Below, in pieces: positions 57,768 to 64,000 of a stretch of DNA of 64,000 bases (the first letter of the stretch is position 1; every line of letters starts with the position of its first letter). The notes beneath the pieces were generated by a model. That model was not told the origin of the DNA and searched no databases. It saw only the letters and a program-made list of their open reading frames with translations. The position numbers and the translations under genes were made by a program. Origin of the DNA: Ascoidea asiatica JCM 7603 (Eukaryota; Fungi; Ascomycota); NCBI GenBank assembly GCA_001600695.1, contig BCKQ01000004.1:1188391-1252390 (forward strand), read 5' to 3'.

Positions 57768-60700
57768 ATGCCAAATTCTGCAATGGATTTAAATCAAATT
57801 GTTAATGATTTCAATTCAGTTACAAATTCAAATGCCAATACCAATGTCAATTCCAATTTAAATTCTAATTCTAATTCTAATTCTAGTTCTAGTTCAAGTT
57901 CTAGTTCTAGTTCTAGTTTAGAATTTACTGAAAATTTATTGAACTTAAAGAATATATTAATATTATTAATTGATGATTTGAATGATAAAGATCCAAATTA
58001 CATCAATGGCACATCTTTTGGCTTGAATTTAGAATTCTTTAATCAATTTTTAAATAAATTGAATAACTTATTAAGTAATGGAATTATAAATGAAAATAAA
58101 AATAAAAATAAAAATGAAAATGAAAATGAAGTAGTTAAATCACTTTTAGAGATTTCTTTTATAAATTATATCAATGATTTAATTTCCTCGAATAAAGTTA
58201 ATTTAATCTTTAATAATAATGATAATAATGACTATAACAATAATAAGGTCTCTAATTCAATATTAAATAAATTATCAATATTATTCGATTTATCAATATT
58301 TCTATATAATTCAAATTATAATTCAGATTATAATCTATTAGATTTCCCACATAAAATTATATCATATATTTTTGAAAATATATTCAATATAAATCAAATT
58401 CATTTATTTTGGAAATTTAATATAAAAAGATTTAATTTTTATATTAAAAAAAATAATTTATCTATAAAAAAAAATCCTGGTAATATAATTTCATTAATGA
58501 TTAATAATTTAATTAAAAAAATTAATAATTCAAATTTATCATTTAATTATATTATTTCAAATAATAAAAATTTCACAACTTTTTCATTTAAAGGTGAATT
58601 ATTAATTTTTGTTCAATTTTGTTTTAAAATTAATGATAATTTTCTTATTAATAAAAAATTTAAAATTAATACAATTTCAAATTTAAATTTAAATTCAAAT
58701 TTTAATTTATCTTATAATTCAATTTATAATAATATTAATACAAATAATATTAATGGTTTTCAAGATTTTTGGTTTTTATATTCAATTTTATCAAATCCAT
58801 TATTATATATTAATGATATTAATAAAATGAATCAATTCAAATCAATACTTGCAGAAAATTTTGAATTTATTTCAAATTTAGAAAAAAATTATTATTATAA
58901 AAATAATTTAATAAAAATTAAACAGAAAAATTTATCAATAGATCAAAGAATTAATTTAAAAAATTATTCAAAAATCTTAATTAATTTAAAAAAAAACTTT
59001 TATAATAATAAAATATTTAATCCAATTTTTATAATTAATTTAAATGATTTCAATAATCAAATTTATAATGATCATTTATTCAGACAAATGATTTTAATTC
59101 AAATGTTTATTATTTCTTCATTTTATTTTCAAATTTCTGGTAATGTAAGAGATGAATTTTTAGATCAAAATAAAATTAAAAAATTAAATTCAATTGATTT
59201 TTTTAATGAAATAAATTTATCTAAATTTGAAACTGGATTTTATTTCAAATTCAAAAAAGAAATTCCAAAATTATATTTTAAACTTGATTTATCTTTTCAT
59301 TTTAGTATTTTAACTTTAAAAGATGTTGGTGATAATTCTTGGTTAAGATGGAAATTACAAAATTCTCCAGATTTTTATAAATCTCCTTTATCAAATAATG
59401 AGTTAATTCAATTTATTGATAATATTTATAATAATCATATAAATACAACATTTGAAAAAAATAAAATCAATTTTAATCAATTCAATAAAATGGGAGATTT
59501 CAATTTATCTCAAATTTGGAAACTTGATTATGGTATTTGTAAAATTAATACAATTTCAAATAAAAATTGTAATAATTTCAATGAATTTATTGAAAAAAGT
59601 AGAATAGAGTTAAATAAAATTTATATTAAAAATAACTCTGATAATGATAAAATAAAAAAAAATAAAGATAATGAATTAAATAATATATTCATTGATAATG
59701 AAAAAATTAATAAATCAATTGAAGAAGTAAGTATTAATTGGAAATGTTTAAGATTTGCAAGAAAAAAGGGTCATTGGTTAAATTTCAATAGAATTACACC
59801 AAATAATGGATTTGAAGGTTTGTTCAATGATGATTTAATTTCTGATGTAAACCAATTAAATCTTGATTTCAATACTACTGATGAACAATTGAATGTCTCA
59901 ACAAGTTATGAAAATTCCACTGATAGTCAAGAAAAAGATATAAGTGAAACTAAAGAAATTGATCTTGTTATAAAAGATAAAAATGAAGATCTTTTTAGTG
60001 AAAAATATTCTAATAATTCAATAAAATCTTCTAATTTATTTTCTCAAAATGAAAGTATAAGTTATAATGATAATAATAGTAATGTTAAATTTAAACCAAT
60101 TGATTCTCGGAAAAGATTTCATCCAAATCAGTTTAATCAGCGATGGAATTATAAAGTTGATGAATATAGACCTAAATCCAAAGATCAAAAAGTTAATCAT
60201 CGAGTTGATGAGTATAGACCAAAGCCAAAGGCTCCTCAGATTAACAATCAAACAAATAGTTGGAACAGTGTAAATTTTACAAATCAAAGTCAATACAATA
60301 ATAATAATACTAATAATCCTTCAATTCCTCAAGGTCCAAAAGAACCTTATCCTAGTCAGAATTTTAATAGTATGAATGCTAATAATGCCTGTTTTGAAAG
60401 TGGTTATAACGATAATAAAAATAATATCAATTATAATCATAATCAAAATTTTGGATTTCATAGCCAAGGATTTGATGACAGGAGCTATACTTCAAGAAAT
60501 TACAATACTGGTTATAGTGATGGATATGAGTATGGAAATGAAAGTATTAATAGTAGTGGATATGTTAATAGATATAATAATAGTGGAAATAACATTGGAG
60601 GATATGAAAATGAGGGATATGATAATAATGAGTATATTGGGACAGATATTGGGTATAATAAGTCTAATTATAAGAAAAGAGGGTTTAATGAAACGACAAT

Positions 60701-60794
60701 ACTTACAAGTAATAATGAAGAAAGTAATAATAGTAATAATTCTAATACTTCAGGTAATTCAAGTAGTTATAAGAGAAGACAGTTTAGACAATAA
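57768..60794 (+). CDS. HPR1: THO complex subunit 1 (Hpr1/THOC1)-like protein with long low-complexity C-terminal tail
   Basis: THOC1-type motifs in the expected order: FKGELLIF, DHLFRQMILIQMFI, DNSWLRWKLQNSP, MGDFNLSQIW, NWKCLRFAR. Confidence 0.72.
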   Translation: MPNSAMDLNQIVNDFNSVTNSNANTNVNSNLNSNSNSNSSSSSSSSSSSSLEFTENLLNLKNILILLIDDLNDKDPNYINGTSFGLNLEFFNQFLNKLNNLLSNGIINENKNKNKNENENEVVKSLLEISFINYINDLISSNKVNLIFNNNDNNDYNNNKVSNSILNKLSILFDLSIFLYNSNYNSDYNLLDFPHKIISYIFENIFNINQIHLFWKFNIKRFNFYIKKNNLSIKKNPGNIISLMINNLIKKINNSNLSFNYIISNNKNFTTFSFKGELLIFVQFCFKINDNFLINKKFKINTISNLNLNSNFNLSYNSIYNNINTNNINGFQDFWFLYSILSNPLLYINDINKMNQFKSILAENFEFISNLEKNYYYKNNLIKIKQKNLSIDQRINLKNYSKILINLKKNFYNNKIFNPIFIINLNDFNNQIYNDHLFRQMILIQMFIISSFYFQISGNVRDEFLDQNKIKKLNSIDFFNEINLSKFETGFYFKFKKEIPKLYFKLDLSFHFSILTLKDVGDNSWLRWKLQNSPDFYKSPLSNNELIQFIDNIYNNHINTTFEKNKINFNQFNKMGDFNLSQIWKLDYGICKINTISNKNCNNFNEFIEKSRIELNKIYIKNNSDNDKIKKNKDNELNNIFIDNEKINKSIEEVSINWKCLRFARKKGHWLNFNRITPNNGFEGLFNDDLISDVNQLNLDFNTTDEQLNVSTSYENSTDSQEKDISETKEIDLVIKDKNEDLFSEKYSNNSIKSSNLFSQNESISYNDNNSNVKFKPIDSRKRFHPNQFNQRWNYKVDEYRPKSKDQKVNHRVDEYRPKPKAPQINNQTNSWNSVNFTNQSQYNNNNTNNPSIPQGPKEPYPSQNFNSMNANNACFESGYNDNKNNINYNHNQNFGFHSQGFDDRSYTSRNYNTGYSDGYEYGNESINSSGYVNRYNNSGNNIGGYENEGYDNNEYIGTDIGYNKSNYKKRGFNETTILTSNNEESNNSNNSNTSGNSSSYKRRQFRQ

Positions 60795-60982
60795 AAGAAA
60801 TATAAGAAATAAGACAATTTAATGATTTTTAATGTTACAATGATTTTTAATAGATATAGAATTTTATAACTGTATTTATTTAATTTTTAGTTCTAATTTT
60901 TTTTTTTTTCTTTTTTAATTTATATACAAAAGTGGTTTTTATAAAAAATATATAAATATGAATATGAATATATTATTATTGT

Positions 60983-62452
60983 TTAATGATAAAGATAATT
61001 ACAAGAATTTAATAATTCACCCGGATTACCATTACCACTTAAAAAGAATTTTTGATTAACTAATTGATCAATATTAAAATTTTTTGATTCTGAATTTAAG
61101 ATTAAATTATTTGAGATTAATAAATTTAAGAAAGTTTTGAATTGAATTTTATTAAATTTTTTTAAATTTAAAATTTTTACAGAATCTAAAGAATTTAACC
61201 AATTTTGATCAAAAATATTTAAATTTTTTGAATTTGAATTATTTAAATAATTATAAGGATCATAATTTAATTCATTTAATTTAATTTTTAAAGTATTATT
61301 TTTAAAAAATTTTGAAGAATTTGATAAGATTATTGAACCTTTATTAAAATTAAAATTATTTGAAATTAAATCATTAATAAATTTACCAATTTGAAATTGA
61401 TTAAAATTTATTGAAATATTATTTGAATTTTTATAATTTGTAATTGAATTATTTAAAATTATATTAAAATTATCAATAAATAAATGAATTGAGATATTTG
61501 AATTTTTAGATAATTGAGATAATTCAATTTTAAGTATTTCAAAAATTTTAAATTTCATTACTGGTAAAATTTTTGAAGATGAACCAAGTTTTAATAAATC
61601 CATAATTGAATTTTTAGATTTTAAAAATTTTAAATTTTGATTAGTTTTAATTAAATCATTAAAATTATAATTATTATTTAATTTAAAATTATTTGAATTT
61701 GGATTTAACTTAATTAAATTTGAAAATAATTTTTTAAGATACATTGGTTGTGAATATAAATTTAATTCTCTTGAATAATTAAAATCAGAAGAACCATTAA
61801 TAAGATTAATTGGATTATTAAAAGAGAATATAAAAGTTTTATTATTAAATAAAGAAGTATAAGCTAAAGATTGAATTAACATTGAAGTTTTACCAATATT
61901 TTTATTACCATTTATTAATAATTTATTTTCAGAAGTTGAAGTTTTAAAAGAATTATTTAAAAATTTAAATAAATTTATTGAATTTTTATCATGAATTAAA
62001 GATATTGGATTTTGAAAAATTTCATTAAATTTTAAATTTTTTAATAAATTTGAATAAATTAAAGTTTTTAAAACATCATTATCATATTTTAATATAATTG
62101 GAGTAGTTGAAGTAGTTTCATCTTCATTTTCATATTTTTTTAAAATATTATTAATATTTTCAATATTAAATTCGTCTAATTTATCTATACTTGGAGCTCT
62201 TCTAATATATTTTTTACTTGAAATATAATCATTAAATAATAAATTTGTTTCACCATTTGAAGATCTTTTAATTTGACTAAATTTTATTCTTCTATCATCA
62301 TTTTTATTCTTACTAAAACCTTGAACTTGTTTTTTTTCATTTGAACTTGAAGCATTTAAATTATTATTTAAAATATGAAAAGATTTATTAAGAATTTTAG
62401 AATTAATTGAAATTAAGGAATTTGAGTTCCTTATTGTAATAGATTTAAACAT
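60983..62452 (-). CDS. RSM23: Mitochondrial small-subunit ribosomal protein mS29 (DAP3)
   Basis: Presequence, EIFQNPISL, P-loop GNKNIGKT, LYSQPMY, FIDNFN, C-terminal FFLSGNGNPGELL. Confidence 0.85.
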   Translation of the reverse strand: MFKSITIRNSNSLISINSKILNKSFHILNNNLNASSSNEKKQVQGFSKNKNDDRRIKFSQIKRSSNGETNLLFNDYISSKKYIRRAPSIDKLDEFNIENINNILKKYENEDETTSTTPIILKYDNDVLKTLIYSNLLKNLKFNEIFQNPISLIHDKNSINLFKFLNNSFKTSTSENKLLINGNKNIGKTSMLIQSLAYTSLFNNKTFIFSFNNPINLINGSSDFNYSRELNLYSQPMYLKKLFSNLIKLNPNSNNFKLNNNYNFNDLIKTNQNLKFLKSKNSIMDLLKLGSSSKILPVMKFKIFEILKIELSQLSKNSNISIHLFIDNFNIILNNSITNYKNSNNISINFNQFQIGKFINDLISNNFNFNKGSIILSNSSKFFKNNTLKIKLNELNYDPYNYLNNSNSKNLNIFDQNWLNSLDSVKILNLKKFNKIQFKTFLNLLISNNLILNSESKNFNIDQLVNQKFFLSGNGNPGELLNSCNYLYH

Positions 62453-62546
62453 TTTATTAGATTACTAGATAAATATCAAGAACTTCAAACAACAGGCTTC
62501 TCTTTTTATTCAATTACTCCAGACTCAATTACCAATCCAAACCTGT

Positions 62547-62590
62547 TTCTTCTTCTTCTTCTTCTTCTTCTTCTTCTTCTTCTTCTTCTT
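62547..62590. repeat. (TTC)x~14 microsatellite upstream of RSM23
   Basis: Seen directly in the sequence. Confidence 0.95.
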
Positions 62591-62649
62591 TTACACCTTC
62601 TTTTAATTTCATTTCGTTTTCATTTGCAAATTGCAGAAATTTCAAAAAA

Positions 62650-62657
62650 GTCACGTG
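62650..62657. promoter_or_regulatory. Cbf1 site GTCACGTG in the RSM23/MET22 divergent promoter
   Basis: Exact RTCACGTG; partial Met31/32-like TGTGGC at 62710; fits sulfur-pathway regulation. Confidence 0.6.
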
Positions 62658-63023
62658 GCAATATCACCAGCCTCGTTTTAAAAGATATGGCTGGTGTTGC
62701 GGATGAGGTTGTGGCTGCGGAGGCGAGTAAAAATATTCAAGGCTGGTGAAGTGCTTCAAGTCACTTTTAATTGCAGTTACCCTTTTTAGCAATTGAGCTG
62801 TTATCTCCGCCTGCACCAGTTCCGAGGGTATATAAATAAATACTTTATAATAAATACTTTATAATATAAATACTTTATAATATAAATTAAATCATTTCAG
62901 TTTATTTACCACTAAAACACTAAAACACTAAAAGAATCTTTCAATCAATAAAGAATATAATCATTTCAATCAGATAATAAGTCAATTAGCTTATATTACT
63001 TCAATTAAAGGTTAATTGTATTA

Positions 63024-64000
63024 ATGAACTGGTTCTTTTTAAGAAACTTTCTTATCTTATCTTTTCTATTGTTTATGGGAAAATTATTATTAAATTCTTC
63101 AATTTCTCAAAATTTCATAATCTCAATTTCTAATTTAAATAATTATAAAATCTTATTCAATAAAATGTCTTCTTTTAATATAAATGAAAAATCTGATTCT
63201 TCTTCTTCATATCCATATCCATATCCATATTATAAAGAAACAATAATTGCTCAATTAGCTGTACAAAAAGCTTCATTATTAGTTTCAAATTTATTATCTG
63301 AAGAAAATAATCTTATAAAAATTAAAAATAATGAAACTTTAATAAAATCTGATAATTCTCCAGTAACAATTGGTGATTATGCTTCTCAAGCAATTATAAT
63401 TGATTCTATTTTAAATAATTTTCCAAATGATAAATTTATTGCAGAAGAATCTTCAAAAGATTTAAGATTAAAAAATAATAATAATTTAAAAATTGAAATT
63501 TTTAATCAAATTAAAAAAATTGATAATTTATTTAATTTAAATTTTCAAAATTTTGGTTATAATTTAAATAAATTTAATAAAATTGATGATATTTTAAATA
63601 CAATTGATAAAGGATCAGAACCTTTTGAGTCTTTTGAGTCTTCTGAGTCTTCTGAGTCTTTTGATTCTATAACAACTATTAAAAACCCAAAAAGATTTTG
63701 GACTTTAGATCCAATTGATGGTACCAAAGGTTTCCTAAGAAATGATCAATATTCAATTTGTCTTGCTTTAATTGAAAACAATGATGTTAAAGTTTCTGTA
63801 ATTGGTGCTCCAAATTTACCAATTAATCTTAAAAATGATTTATTTAATAATAAAAATTTATTAAAAATTTATAATAATAATTTTAATAATGATTTAAATT
63901 TATTTATAAAAGATAATAATTATAAAAATTTTTTTCAAAAAGGTGGTTTATTTACTGCAATTAAAAATTTTGGTGCTTTTTATAATCCAATTTTTAAAAA
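63024..64000 (+). CDS. MET22: 3'(2'),5'-bisphosphate nucleotidase (Hal2/Met22), 3'-partial
   Basis: Read manually: AQLAVQKAS, KSDNSPVTIGDYASQA, IAEESS, RFWTLDPIDGTKGFLRNDQYSICLAL, GAPNLP. In-frame ATGs at 63024, 63075 and 63165; runs off the window end. Confidence 0.93.
   Translation, partial: MNWFFLRNFLILSFLLFMGKLLLNSSISQNFIISISNLNNYKILFNKMSSFNINEKSDSSSSYPYPYPYYKETIIAQLAVQKASLLVSNLLSEENNLIKIKNNETLIKSDNSPVTIGDYASQAIIIDSILNNFPNDKFIAEESSKDLRLKNNNNLKIEIFNQIKKIDNLFNLNFQNFGYNLNKFNKIDDILNTIDKGSEPFESFESSESSESFDSITTIKNPKRFWTLDPIDGTKGFLRNDQYSICLALIENNDVKVSVIGAPNLPINLKNDLFNNKNLLKIYNNNFNNDLNLFIKDNNYKNFFQKGGLFTAIKNFGAFYNPIFK

Noticed and set aside
6087-60822. Many 60-150 aa ORFs overlapping the large genes
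   Set aside because: Antisense or alternate-frame shadows of biased codon usage with no recognisable motifs.

Overview
Very AT-rich eukaryotic DNA from a budding yeast (Saccharomycotina). The AT bias, Asn/Lys-rich proteins and GTAAGT...TACTAAC introns resemble an Ascoidea-type genome, but that assignment is inference. About 23 protein-coding genes, mostly housekeeping: RNase H1 (partial), RPT1, ODC carrier, TMA22, CENP-W/WIP1, a Zn2Cys6 factor, TSR3, PRM10-like, ATO/ADY2, MCD4, RME1-like, GAS4, TTI1, RPL5, MAE1, a PIR wall protein, DLD1, HPR1, RSM23 and MET22 (partial), plus three unassigned ORFs. The ORF track misses TMA22, MET22 and three spliceosomal introns. No tRNA, rRNA, CRISPR array or intact mobile element was recognised. 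Best leads: (1) a 3'-terminal GAS4 intron whose removal adds a GPI-type tail while retention gives an anchorless protein; (2) a 131-aa orphan that looks like a very divergent profilin; (3) GC/CpG-rich islands upstream of most genes, one with no annotated gene downstream; (4) a hydrophobic in-frame N-terminal extension on MET22; (5) a CENP-W with a large insertion in its histone fold. All identifications are by eye from remembered family motifs; no searches were run.
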